64,000 bases of DNA from contig MU008162.1 of the NCBI GenBank assembly GCA_010909165.1, positions 1,612,001 through 1,676,000 on the forward strand, given 5' to 3'. The position numbers and the translations under genes are program-made. The DNA is from Anthoceros angustus (lineage: Eukaryota > Plantae > Anthocerotophyta). Under the pieces are notes generated by a model. The model worked only from the letters and a program-made list of their open reading frames with translations, was not told the DNA's origin and ran no database searches. This document shows positions 23,202 through 36,200 of this stretch, in pieces (within the stretch, counting starts at the first letter, position 1; each line of letters starts with the position of its first letter).

Positions 23202-25843
23202 CTAATAGCTGTAATCCGAACTACTGCTGCTGCCCGTTCTGCAGGATGGCGGCTCTTCCTTGACAGAGGAGTCGTCCGCTCCAGCGGGTAAGGCACTAAG
23301 TGGTCGAGGAACTCCACTGAAATCCTGGTCCTTCAAATAGAGACTACCTGCTGCATTGTCGGCCTCCTTTGGCCGTTCTCCTGCAAACACATCTTCACGA
23401 GGTCCAGAAGAATGGCAAGGTCTGTTAAGTTCCATCCCCCTTGCAACCTGGGGTCAACCAGGTCGCCAACGCTGGTAGTACTGGAGTCTTTCAACTGCTC
23501 TAGAGCCCAAAAGGAAAGAAGGTCGCCATCCTTGAGAGCTGGATGACCTGTGATAAGCTCCAAGACCACCACTCCGAAGCTGTAAACGTCGCTCTTAGGG
23601 GAGAAGACCCCAGACCTGATGTACCCTGGATCCATGTACCCAAAGGAGCCCTTTACACCTGTCTGTACAGATGGGAAATGCGTGGCATCTGCAGGGCCAG
23701 CTTTTGATAGGCCAAAGTCGGCGAGCTTGGCTGAGTCTGTAGAAGTGAGCAGAATGTTGGCTGATTTGATATCGCGGTGGGCAATGGGAGGACTGGATTC
23801 GTGGTGCAGGTATTCCAGAGCACATGCCACCTGGTATGCTATGTTCATTCGTGAGCGCCATGAAAGAGGTCGGAGGGCTTCAGCTATGGTGTCGCTGGAG
23901 TGAAGCCTGTCATGTAAACTCCCATTGGGAAGGTATTCAAACACTAGCATCCGGGTGCCTGACCAACGACAAGCTCAACTTTAGAATACATTTGCAGTCG
24001 AGTAGACCCTGCTGGTGTAAAGAAAGCATGCATGTGCTTGTCCACTAGAGCAGGTATGTCCACTAGAGCAGGTATGCTTACCTTTTCCTTTGCAGAAGCC
24101 CATGAAGTTGACTAGGTACTTGTGATGAACTTGCTGCAAAAGAGCCACCTCTTCTGCAAATCTTGAAGTTCTACTTGCTGCTCTGGAATTGGCCTTCTCC
24201 ACCTTGACTGCTGCAGTCACAGCTCCTGGAAAATTTGCCTTGTACACTGTGCTGAACCCCCCTTCTCCCAGCACGTGATCCCTGCTGAAGTTGTGGGTGG
24301 CCCTGATGAGTTCCGCTCGAGAAAACAACCTATTTCTTCCATTAGCGGATATAGGTGGCGTGGGATGGCGCACACATCGGAGATACCAGTAGATGCCACC
24401 ACCCACGACCAGCATCAGGACCAAAACGGAGGCTGCCATGGAGCCAATAACGGGAACCTTGGGGGAGGGGCGTCGAGTTCGACCGCCAGAAGAACCGGGT
24501 GATATCGATGTTGCAGAGGGACCGGGTGATAACGATGTTCCAGAGTTACTGATCAGCCGCTCCATAACTTTGACATTATCGATCACTGGCCCACACAACG
24601 GAGAATCGGCGTCTGGTATACCCAGATCTACGAAAAACTGAACCACTGTCGAATGGCCTTCACAACTGTAGTTCAGTGTCTCGATCGACCACCTGACGTC
24701 TCCTGCTTGAGTGGAACGCTGACGAACTGGAAACTGGTGCACCTCTGTCTGCGCAGAATTACTTTCGTTTACACATAATATGTTCAACTTCACCGTCAGC
24801 GCCTGCCTGTTGGAATCGGACTCTGAACAAAAGCCGAAGACGGTAGTGTTGCCACTAAGATCCACAAGGTATCCTGCCAGGGAAAAAGATAGAGCATACT
24901 GAGAGCCAGAGGACGGTTTCTTCGGAATAGTCTGGACTACATCGGATCCTGGCACAAGAAGAATGCTGCCGTTGCTACCTCCAGCAGTTGTCCCATTTAT
25001 CTTATAGTTCGTTGTCATCCATTTCGGTGGCCGGATGGACGTCACCTGCCAACCGCAGAGCATGAAGTCATTGGGGGAAGCTAGCAGATATGGTGGAACA
25101 ACACTGCAGCGCTCAAAGCCGCCATTGGCCAACAGGTTATCCAGGCCCACCTGAGTGTCTTCATCTGCTGACTGTCGCACCGCGAGTCCTGAAACGGTGG
25201 TGGCGTTGTAAGATTGAAAGGTGAATTCTCGGCCCAAGTATGGTCTTGCTGAGAAGGCCGCTTCTGTGCAGAGAAAGACCGCGAAGCGCGTTGCGACGTC
25301 CTTCCCTGCCGCCATGAACAAAGCCTCTCCGCGGTCAGGGGACTTGAGCGCACTGCGGATGCTATTGTCGGTCTCATTGTAAAACCACTGCTGCTCTAGC
25401 CTGGAAACATTGCAAGCAGCAACAGAGAAGGGCAGGTCCTCAGTCGGCTTAGGAGCGTATACGCCTAGATCTATCGGGAGTCGCTGGCTTACCCGGCCAT
25501 CATAATACTGCTGCGTTCCAGCGTCCAGGCACAGTTCCTGGCCTACCACATCTACGAGTTCGATGGCCTTTGTTCTCGGATTGTAGAGCCAGCTGACCTC
25601 GTTCACCTGACTGGCCACGCATGGATAAAGCGCCACGGCGTTGCCCATGAAATTCTTGGGTGCGTTGTAGACATTGAGGCAGTAGGAACAAGTGGGCACG
25701 CCTGACGAGTTTTTGCTGCCCACCACAATCCAGCCCCGTCCTCCATCCGCCGCTGCCGGTAGAGGACCCACCACCATATTCAGGCAGACTGAGAACGCAA
25801 TCACCAGCAATCTTGCATCTACCCTAGAAGTTCTAGGAGCCAT
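23202..25843 (-). CDS. Receptor-like kinase: signal peptide, ricin-B-like beta-trefoil, DUF642-like domain, TM helix, RD Ser/Thr kinase; exon 1 25843-24082, exon 2 from 23958
   Basis: Kinase motifs LGEGGFSTVYK, AAVK, HRDIKSANILL, DFGLSK, GSFGYMDPGY and DVYSFGVVVLELITG. TM ASVLVLMLVVGGGIYWYL. Ectodomain CLDAG, QQWFYN, NLLANGGFE and CGPVIDNV. As assembled it stops at 23333; a probable 1-bp indel would extend it to 23202. Confidence 0.9.
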
Positions 25844-26486
25844 AGTCCTGGACAACAATAGGCCAAGCGCCACCGATACCGCAATGCAAAGGAGCAGAAA
25901 CTCGAAGCAGATCTACAACGGCGCCAGCCTGGGACCCCGCCGACTGATTTTCAATTGTGCAGACGGTTGAACAGACCGATGATTTGCTACTCAAGATGCA
26001 ATGCGGTACGATCACGATGCGATGCGATGCGATTCCTGTGAATTCGTCAAGATTTGTCAAATGCAGTTCCCTTCCCACCACAAATTCCACCAAGTGCGAA
26101 CCATAAAGCTATTCCCGGCGTCCGTCAGCTGCGACAATCGAACACTACTTTTCACGAGGTCGTAAACCTCGTCATCTGAGCCAAGGGCCGGACAGGATAT
26201 CAAGTCATCAGCATCAAAGCAACCCTGGAGCTCACGCCCACTGATCAATATTTCGAATTCCGAGGATGCAAATGCTACATGGGTTTATCCGACTCATGGA
26301 CACTGGGCAAATCGATGCCGTTCACAAAACAGGGGACACGGTGTGCATCTCTGCCTAATTATGATCTCTCGCTCTTCGAGACCTCCACATGAGCTTGGTG
26401 TCACTAGTACTGTGACGCAGAGACAAAAATCAGGGCATGGAAGCATGAAGCAGGGCACCCCCTTTTGAGATTGATTGAGTTTGAAG

Positions 26487-26681
26487 TGTTAGAAAACAGT
26501 AATTCCTAGGTTCAATACATTAGAAATGGTGTGCTATGCATACATATATAGCCTTTGGCCTTGACATACTCTCGATAGTATGAAACCCTATCTCGCTCTG
26601 GGATAATCCTATATACTTCTAGGACTTATACTCATAACTCTAATATGTGATGTGTTGCACCAATCCTATAGATTTCTAACA
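26487..26681 (-). repeat. 3' LTR of Copia A1 (195 bp, TGTTAGAAA...TTTCTAACA)
   Basis: 9-bp terminal inverted repeats, an adjacent polypurine tract on the minus strand, and a reverse-complement match to 48600-48794. Confidence 0.95.
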
Positions 26682-29600
26682 TTCCCACTCAACACATCGC
26701 TACTCTTTTAAGCCTAACATCTTGCTAAACTTAACGTGCTTCTCTAAAGTCAACCCTTTGGTCAAAACATCCGCAGCATGTCCAGTGGGACAATACGCTA
26801 GCTCTATCTCCTTGGATTGAACTTTCTCTCGATGAAGTGATGCTTTACTTCAATGTGTTTCGTCCTCACGTGAAAAGTAGCATTCTTTGCTAAGTAAATG
26901 CAACCTTGATTGTCGTTGAAGATGGTTGTTGCACCCTTCCGCTTAAATCCCATTTCTTGAGCAATCGTCATAGCCATATTGCTTCCATTGTTGCAGATAT
27001 TGCCATGTACTCCGCTCAGAGGACAAAAAGATGGTGGCCTACTACTCCATGAAATGGCTCCCCAAATAGCATAAACACATATCCTGTGGTAGACTTGCCA
27101 TCGACATCTCCATTGTCGAATCACAAAATCCAACCACATGGGCGTCTTCATGTCGATCCTTTTGGTATTTCAACTTCCAATGTTTTGTGCCGCGCAAGTA
27201 TCTGAATATCCTCTTGACTGCTTGATAATGCTGTTGTCCAGGGTTGGCCAAGAATCGACTCACAACTCCCAGTGCCTCTGCAATGTCGGGCCTTATCCTT
27301 GTTGCCAAATATGTAAGATAGTCAACAGCAGGTTGGTAGAGAGTCTTATCTACTTTCTTTTTCTCCTTTTCAGTTAAAGGGCCCATCTCCTTTGATAGCT
27401 TCTCATTGAAGATCATTGGCGTCTTCATGAGTTTGCAATCTTGCATGCAAATGCTCCAGTATGGTCTCCACATATGTTTGTTGGCTCAAAGAGATCATTT
27501 TGTTAGCCCTATTCCTTTCCACCTTTATTCCTAGGAATAGTGGAGCTCACCCAAATCTCTCATGTCAAAGCTTGCATTAAGGCTTTGCTTTCTTGAGTCT
27601 AAGAGTTCCATGTCATTGCTAGCAATAATCAAATCGTCCACATAGATAGCAATGATAATTATGGATTCTCCCACTCTCTTCACATAGATATTCCAATCGG
27701 CATTGGTTTTCTTGAAACCTCTAATTTGGAAAAACACATCAACCTTACGATACCAAGCAAGGCGATTGCTTAAGACCATCTGAGCCTTTAGCAGCCTACA
27801 TACCTCTCCCTCGCGTCACGGTATTTCAGATCCCTCCGGCTGGTCCATGTAGATCTCTTCATCCGGATCTCCATTCAGAACGCAATGTAACATCCATATG
27901 ATGTATCTCCATGTCGGCGGCTGCGATAGCTAGGAGAGCTCGGATAGATGCTATCTTAGCGGCGGGGAGAAGGTATCGATAATCCACACCGGGACTTGTG
28001 TATATCCTTTCCACCAGCCTTGCCTTGTAGCGCTCTATGCTTCCATCGACCTTGCGCTTAATCTTGAATGTCCACTTTGATCCTATGCTCTTCCTTCCGT
28101 GAGGTAGAGGAGTGATTGCCCAAGTTTTGTTCTTGAGAAGAGAGTTATACTCACCGGCCCAGCTTCTTTCCACTCCTTTGCCTTTGGTCCTTCCAATGCT
28201 TCCCTTAGGCTTTGTGGTTCGGCATCGCCAACCATGCCTCCTCATACATACATGCATTCATGGATTCCAAGATCTTCTGAAGGTTTCCATTGTCTCGTTG
28301 ATCTTCTCAAGATTGGTTGTCTCTCTCGAATACTTGAGCTTCCTCTTCTTCAATTACGACAATGCTTTGATCTTCATCTACTTCTCCAACCGCGACATCA
28401 GGAATTTCCCTTTCTCCCCCCTCTATGTCGCATTGTTGAGAAGGTTCGTTGGGCTCAGGAACAGGTTGCTCAAGAGTGTCATCATACTCACAATCCTCAT
28501 CAGGGTGGTCAACATATGCTGTCGGATCCTTCATGATAACCACTGGGGTTGGAGCTCCCACTTCTTTGCTAGGTTCCACAACCTCATTAAATACAACGTC
28601 CCTACTAAAAATGATCTTCTTCCTTGAAAGATTATACAACCGGTAGCCCTTAATCTCAGTAGAGTATCCAAGCATAAGGCACTTCACGCCTTTTGGATCC
28701 CATTTTGTTCGGGTTTGCTTCGGAACGTGAGCATAAACCATTGAACCAAAGATCCTCAAATGGCTTATGTCTTGGCGCGAGACCACGCTTCCTCGGTCAT
28801 TCCAACAATAGCTTTGGTTGGAACTCGATTCAAAACATAGGTTGCTATAACAACAGCCTCACCCCAAAAACGTACTTCCAAGCCACTATGATGTAACATG
28901 CATTTGCCTCCACGGACTCAAGTTTGCGCCCGCCACTCCATTTTGCTCCGGTGTGTGAGGATGGTTAGTTGCCTTCCAATTCCATGCTCCTTGCAAAAGC
29001 GTTGGAAGTCGGTGGAGATGTATTCACCTCCGTTGTCACTACGCAAAGTCTTGACGTTGTCCACTTGCGTTCTCCACCATGGCTTTCCATTCCTTGAAGA
29101 GTGTAAATACCGGATTTCTCCTTCATAAGATATGTCCAGTCTTCCTAGTGAAATCATCCACAAACACGAATGTAGCGGGCTCCGCCATGAGTGGGATTTT
29201 CATTGGACCACACACATCCGTGTGTACCAACTATAGCGCCATCTTTGCTAGTCGCACTGCAATCTTTGGGAACTTAGTTCGGTGTAGCTTTCCATTATGC
29301 ACCCTTGGCATAATTGCGGCTCACCCACTTCTTTCAAATCCAAGCTCAGAACCATATGTTGGTTCTTCATCAACTGATATTGTCCACACCAATGTGCCCT
29401 AGACGTTGATGCCATAAATCAATAGATCCAATGCTATTTTGCGAATCGTCCATAAAGGTGCAAGCTTGCCTTCCCACAGAAGCACACAACTTGTACAAAT
29501 TTCCTATTCGGATGCCCCTAGCAATCACTTTAGCATTCGATAACTCAGCTCGATTGGATCCAAATCCTTTTGGAATTGAACACAACCTCATGACTGATCG

Positions 29601-32054
29601 GCAATTTTTGCGAAAAGAAGATTCCTCGCAAGATGAGGCACATGATGCACGTCTTTAATACAGACCGGTCCTCCGGAAGATGGACTCGTAACACTCCTTT
29701 TCCCTTGATGTCATGTGACCTATTGTCACCAAGCGCCACTGTATGCCCCTCTGGCAATACCTTGTAGCTTGAGAACCAAGGAAGGTTATAACTGAAATGC
29801 TGGGATGCACCGGAGTCAAGGTACAAATTCTCATCCTTCTTTGATGAAGTCGCTTGATCTCTTTCGGTGAAGCATGCGAAGATGTGTTCTTGGTCCTTCT
29901 CGCTGACTTGATTAGCTTGGGAGGATTTCCCCTTCTTCAAGTCTGCCAATCTTATTTTACAGTCCTTGGCGTAGTGATTGGGCTTCCTGCAGTAATAACA
30001 AAAGCCTTTCACCTTTCTCTTTGTACCTATATCGTTTGTCCCTTCTAGAGACTTGGCTTGCGAGGTCTTCCACCGTGATGTGCTCTTCTTGGAGAAGAGT
30101 GCCAAGCCTTCGTTGCCTTGTGTCTGGAAAGAACCATCAAGCTCCTCTTGTAGGAGTAATCTAACCACCTCATCAAAGCTTTGATGAGGTGGTTAGATTC
30201 TGATTAACGCCACGGTGGCTCGTGAATTTGTCAATGGCACTACGCTTACAATGTGAATTTGTCAATGGCATCGAAGCCCGACCGAGGCGTATACAACGTG
30301 CAAGATCGCTTTGCAATGGACCTTGTATATGAGACTACGTTGTGAATTTGGTGTAAACGTGCAGAGGCTGATCCGGCCTTGTCATACATTTTACAACATA
30401 CAAGTGCGCTTTACAGCGGACCGTGTTGTAAATTAGACTATGTTGTAAATTGTGGGAGGCCTATCTTGGCCTCTCTTAAACGCTTACAATGTACAGTGAG
30501 GTTTGCAATGGATCGTGTTGTAAATTAGATTAGGTTGTACGATGTTGTAAAACATGAGAGAGGCACGATCTGGCCGTCTCAAACATTTTACAACGTACAA
30601 TTGGGCTTTACAGCGGACCGTGTTGTAAAACACGGTCCGCTGCAAAGCCCAATTGAATGCTTTGTCTTCAAGCCGGGAGGAGGTGACCGTCGGAGAGAAG
30701 CCGGGAGGAGGTGACCGACGGAGAGGTGTGTTTGGGTATACCTCTTCACTCCCACTTGTTGATCATTTTGGAAAGTGATGCTCCAACAACCGGATCATCT
30801 CCGGTCCTTGTAGGATGGAGTCGGGTGAAAGCTGCAGATGCATTATGCTCACCATACGCCGCCTCCCCGCTTGTATATATTCGAGCGTGCTGAGAACCAC
30901 CTCACCGGTGCGTTATATTCCTCTTCTTCATCTTCACGCCTGCAATTGGAGAAGGGGTTGTGGAGCGTAACGTCGAGATGTCGCCCTCCTCTAAGGATGC
31001 GAACCCCGCCACCAGAAGAGACTCCCTAGGCCGCTGCGGCAAGCAAGGCGGCTAGGACAACTGCCTCCTCTGCTGCTCGCAAGGGACCCGCTGACACTGC
31101 TGCTGCGGGAAGCTCAGAGCCGACCAAGAAACGGGAGCGCCCTCCTGGCACAACGCGGCAGGTGCTGAGGACTAGGCGCGAGGCCATAATCGCGGAGGAC
31201 ATGGGAGGTCCTCCATTGCGGCGCTTAGCTTCCACAATTTCTCCCACGCGTGCCCCTACGCCACCTGCTGCAAAGAGGGAGCTCAGGGCCTACAGCTTCT
31301 GTGGGCCTGAGGCTATGTCTGACGGAGGAGGTGAGGCCCTCACGGCCTCGAATTTCCCTCGAGGTAACCCCGATAAGGATGTGAAGATTGTGAGCCTAGG
31401 CATCGCGGCAATGCCTCTCCTATCTCGTATCGATGCAAGCATACCGTCCGGTCATGAAGCGGATCGAGTGCGTGAATTCTGACTTCTTGTTCCACTGGTC
31501 ATGTTGTAAGCCGCCATGAAGTGACACGGGTTTTGCTTCATCTCGCCTCCTACTCCCACTCGCTCTAAAGCTATCTAATTGCTTTGTGTCTTGACCGCAG
31601 GATCTGTCTTGAGGATTGAGGAGGATGCTTCCTCCTCAAGATTACATGTGCGGTGAGGACTCGATGCTACGAAGGCCTCCAGTCCCTCCGACTCGAGAAT
31701 CCAAAGGAAGAGTCCTCCGAGACCGATGAACTGGGATTAGGTAGCAGGGCATGTAGGCTAGTTGGGGTTAGATAGGAAAGTTCCAGACTCTCCTAACCCC
31801 AGACCTCGAACATGCTTCTCGTGCAGCTCTTTTGAAATGTTAGCGCAGGAGTTAAACCTAACGCACAGTTAATAATCTTTATGTTATATGGATTAGGGTT
31901 GTCTTAGTGAATAGACACGTACATAGTATTTAAACGATTTTGTTATGCTCATTATTGTAATTTTAACTATCAGAGTTTTCTCTACGCTCTCGCTCCGCTC
32001 AACCTTCTTATGGTATCAGAGCCATGCTTTGGTTCTTGAGTGATTTTCTTAAAA

Positions 32055-32594
32055 ATGCCGAGACAGGGCAGATCTAATAGAGGTTTACGTTCTGGTGGAT
32101 CATCACAAAGACAACGTCGTGAGGGACGTCCACCAAGACAAAATATAGCACCAGTACCTTTTGATACGGTGCTTGACCTTTATGAACACGATTACCCTCG
32201 TCTTTGGCAGCAGCGATTCATTGCTCAAAGGCAGATACCACCTGGCCCATCTTGGGAGTTGAATAGAAACCAACAAATTGACAGGCTCTACAGGGAGCGT
32301 TGCCACAGAAGGGGACAGAATCCCGACCTATTCTACAGCCCTCCAACAAATTCAGTATCTGCCTCTGACATTCTGACTGCCCGACGGCCTGAATCTTCCC
32401 GTCGGCCCCAGCCCTGCACACACAGCACAAACCGCGGGTCAAACATTGTCGCTGATAGAGCACATGCTATTCTGATTCGTGTGGAAAAGTGTTGTCACAC
32501 TTTCCAACGGAGATTCTCAAGAGCAGTGGAGACTCTTGATCGATACGAGCAAGCAATTTCAACTTGCAAGAACGAAATTGAGGGACATCAATGA
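32055..32594 (+). CDS. Extra 179-aa ORF between the PBS and gag of Copia B, function unknown
   Basis: ATG 33 bp after the PBS. Basic R/G/Q-rich N-terminus and helical C-terminus (FQRRFSRAVETLDRYEQAISTCKNEIEGHQ). No gag motifs; gag starts about 650 bp later. Confidence 0.5.
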   Translation: MPRQGRSNRGLRSGGSSQRQRREGRPPRQNIAPVPFDTVLDLYEHDYPRLWQQRFIAQRQIPPGPSWELNRNQQIDRLYRERCHRRGQNPDLFYSPPTNSVSASDILTARRPESSRRPQPCTHSTNRGSNIVADRAHAILIRVEKCCHTFQRRFSRAVETLDRYEQAISTCKNEIEGHQ

Positions 32595-33239
32595 CTTATC
32601 GAATTCTTGCGAATGATGCACCTAAAAATCCGAATTGGAGCTTGGTGCCCACATGCCGATGATGATCAGCCCATTCTTGCTTTGTGAGATCTTCACGCCA
32701 TTGAGCGAGCGCCTGGAGCAGAGCACTTTTCGCTCGAGATCAAGCGCCACCTTCCGGTGCCTTTTCGCTTAATCTCTCTTCCTGTGTGATAGGTTCTTGT
32801 AGAGTTGCACTGCTCACGATCAAGGGACATGACAGTTAGGGTTTTGTTTTGAGCATATTTTCTTGTGACTTGAAATGTCATGCAAATGTTGGTCCGAAAC
32901 CCTAACGACGTAACTTAAACGTTCTTCTTGAAAGGAGGTGTCTGTCACACTGCGCACCTAGGAAGGTGGATGAGGGAGCTAGCACATGAGGGATTAGATA
33001 CGCTCAGATGTTACCCCCTCAGCCGCCACCGCCCAACCCCTGGACACGCATTGTTAGTCTGCAAGAGACATAGTCTAGCGGCTTGAGCATAAGAACACTT
33101 ACCGGCAGAACTACCATAGTTTTTGCTGTCTTTTAGGTGCCTTATGTCCAACTCCTCACCGAATGCATTGATCAACTTCAATAACTTGAGCCTGCAACCC
33201 AAACCCCAGATCAACATGGCCACTCATTTTGTCTCTTTT

Positions 33240-36200
33240 AGTTCAGATGTATAGGACAAGGACAGGTTTAGAGGTACTGGCTACTCAATCTGGCGTGTCC
33301 GGATGAAAACCATACTTACTCGTGGTGTCTGGTCTAGTGTTGATGGTTCTCTCACGAAACCTGACCCACAATCTAAACCTGATGAGTATGCCAAGTGGGA
33401 GCACAATAATGGAGTTGCTATGGCTGTCATTGTCAATGGGCTGGATGCACTTATCCCTAATGTAGAATTTCTTGCACGCGGAGGACATCCGGGATCACCG
33501 GAAAAGACCTATCACACCACCACAATGGCCACATTGTCACCGTCGCATGGAATTCTACACTTTACGATGAAGGAAGGAGACAAAATGGCGCACATACCAG
33601 CAAGTTTCGCCACCTTGAGCACAAATTCATCCATCACCAAAACACAAATGATGCCAGTCAAGCTATCTCCCAACTCCTCACCACTTGCCACCTCTTATCA
33701 ATCTTTCGTTACAAGTTTCCATGGTCCGCTTGTGCGGGCAGTGCTGGATACCGCTCATTACTATGGAGGACACGATCGGAGCTCTCTACCAAGAAGAGCA
33801 AACTCGTTTGGCATCAGCTGGCTTGCACAAGCAATCCAAAGGGGAAAAGGTCTTCGCTGTGAATTTTCGCCCTAAAGGAAAGGGCAAATTCAGAGGGGGA
33901 AATTTCCCAGGACAAGCCAAGGATAGGACTGAATCTTCAAGTTCTAAACGACCAGGCACATGCAACTGGTGTGGCATACCTGGCCACTGGGCACGTGAGT
34001 GTCGCAAGCGTACATGAGCCCTGAGGCTAAACTGCTGCAAGTGTTGCGATGAAGGACAAACTGAAAAGGCGCGATTAAGATCCTCACCATATGTTTGTCA
34101 AGCTCGACACATGATGATGAGAGCTGGTACCTCGACTCGGGCTACCACACACATCCGCAAAAGAGGGAGTTGTTTACCTCACTCAACCTTGTTCATGTCC
34201 ATGAAAAGGTACTCCTTGGTGATGAGCGGTCTAGAACTAGTCCGCATATTGAAGGCGAGGCACGTGTGTTTTCCATCCGAAGATAACAGACCTCACCATC
34301 GAAGATGTTCTCTTCGTACCTAGCATGGCTAAAAACCTCATGTCGATGAGTCGCTCATGCGTCACGCACCTTCACTATGTATCGATTCTATGCTTGTTTT
34401 ATAGAAAGGAATCTCCTAGTAGGTGTGTCTTTAAGGGATTTTAGATAACTCCCTTTACCGCTTGGACATAACCTGCTCACAGAAGCTAGTCAACATGTTG
34501 TACACTCCGGTACCCCTTCACTCGATCCGGCGAAGCGATCTTTGTGGCATGCGAGACTAGGACATGTGAGCAGAAAATTGATTGATATGTCCATTACAGT
34601 GTCACAGAGAACCCCCAAGTGTTTTAAAATTTACCTCAATGTGAGTCGTGCATTCTAGCTAAGCGGAAGGAATTACCCTTTCCGAATGCACTGCACAAAG
34701 AGCCACACAAGTACTTGAGTTAGTCCATGCAGATATCTCGTGCAAGATCCATTCCCCATCTTTGGGTGGATCTCAATACTTCTTCACATTAACAGATGAT
34801 TATAGTAGGTATACATGGACATTTCCCATGCGCTCAAGAGTGAAACTTTTGAGTATTTTAAGGATGGCTTCAAATCGCACAAAGGCAATCGGAATCTGGT
34901 CAAAACTCTAAGGACTGACAATGGCACGGAGTTCGTCAACTCATCTTTTGACAGTCTTCTCCAGGAGCATGGAATTCTCAGGCAGCTTACGGTTCCCTAC
35001 ACACCCCAACAGAATGGTGTGTCAGAACGCAAAAATCAAACTCTGCTCGGGATGACTAGGAGCATGCTCATCTGGGCAGGTTTACCTCAAGGTTATTGGG
35101 CGGAGGCTGTGGTGACAGCAACCTACATCCTTAACAGGATATTGACAAGTTCAGTTCCCAACAAAACACCTTATGAGGTCGTTTGGCGCAAGAAACCATC
35201 ACTGCTACATCTGCGGGTGTTTGGATCACAGGCATTTGCTTACATACCTGTTGAGAAAAGGCGGAAACTTGACCCTCGAGCACAAGGTTTGCGTTTGTTG
35301 GCACGTGAGCGAACTAAAGCCTACAAGCATACAATCCTAACTGGATCCATGTTGCTTGCTCGGTGTGACTTTCCTTGAGCCACAAGCCCCGCCTATCCTA
35401 CGAGGCAGAGATTTCACAAAGACATCTCCGAAAACCGGACACTGGATGACTTGGAGAATGAGGGGGCTGCTTCCACTTACCCTCTTGACGATATGGATCC
35501 TGAAGATATTGTCCCGGTGGAGGATTTCGCAGTTGAACCTGCCGATGATGTTGCTGCCGATGATCAACCACCTCCTGCACTTGATGTGCCTCACCCTGAT
35601 GTTGCTGGTCATCATGACAATTTCAATCTGCAGGATGACCCGGATATTGACTTGGGCGATCACTACCCTCCAGATGATGAGGGGGATGCTCTCCCCATTC
35701 CAGACAACGAGGTGGATGCTCTTAATGCGCTTGATGATCATGTTGATGCTGCCGACGAGCCACCGCAGGAGCTCAGATTTGACGTTTCACGCCACAGGCC
35801 CCTCCGACCAATGGGCGAGCCCGCTACGATCTATTGATTTTCGTAAAACCTCTTTTGCTAAAGTTGCGGCTAGCTCGCTAGCCACGATATTCCAGATGAG
35901 CCTACCACTTTACGCAGGCCTTTCTTGGTCCACAGAGTGAAGTGGAAGGCTGCGTGGAGGACAGTACCAATCTCTCATTAAAAGCGAGACTTGGGCACTT
36001 GCGGACCTCCCACCGGAAGAAAGGCAATCACCGTAAGTGGGTTTTAAAATCAAGCTTAATGCACAAGGACAAGTGGCGGATACAAAGCAAGGCTCGTGGC
36101 TCGTGGGTTTACCCAAGTTGAAGGTCTCGACTACCAAGAGACTTTCTCTCCGTCGCTCGTACCTTGATCCATAAGAATCCTTCTTGCATATCGCCGAATT

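Noticed and set aside
30238-30245. CACTACGC as the left CACTA terminus
   Set aside because: It does not match the right TIR beyond CACTAC, has no AAG TSD before it, and arises from the end of a repeated gtgaatttgtcaatggca unit.
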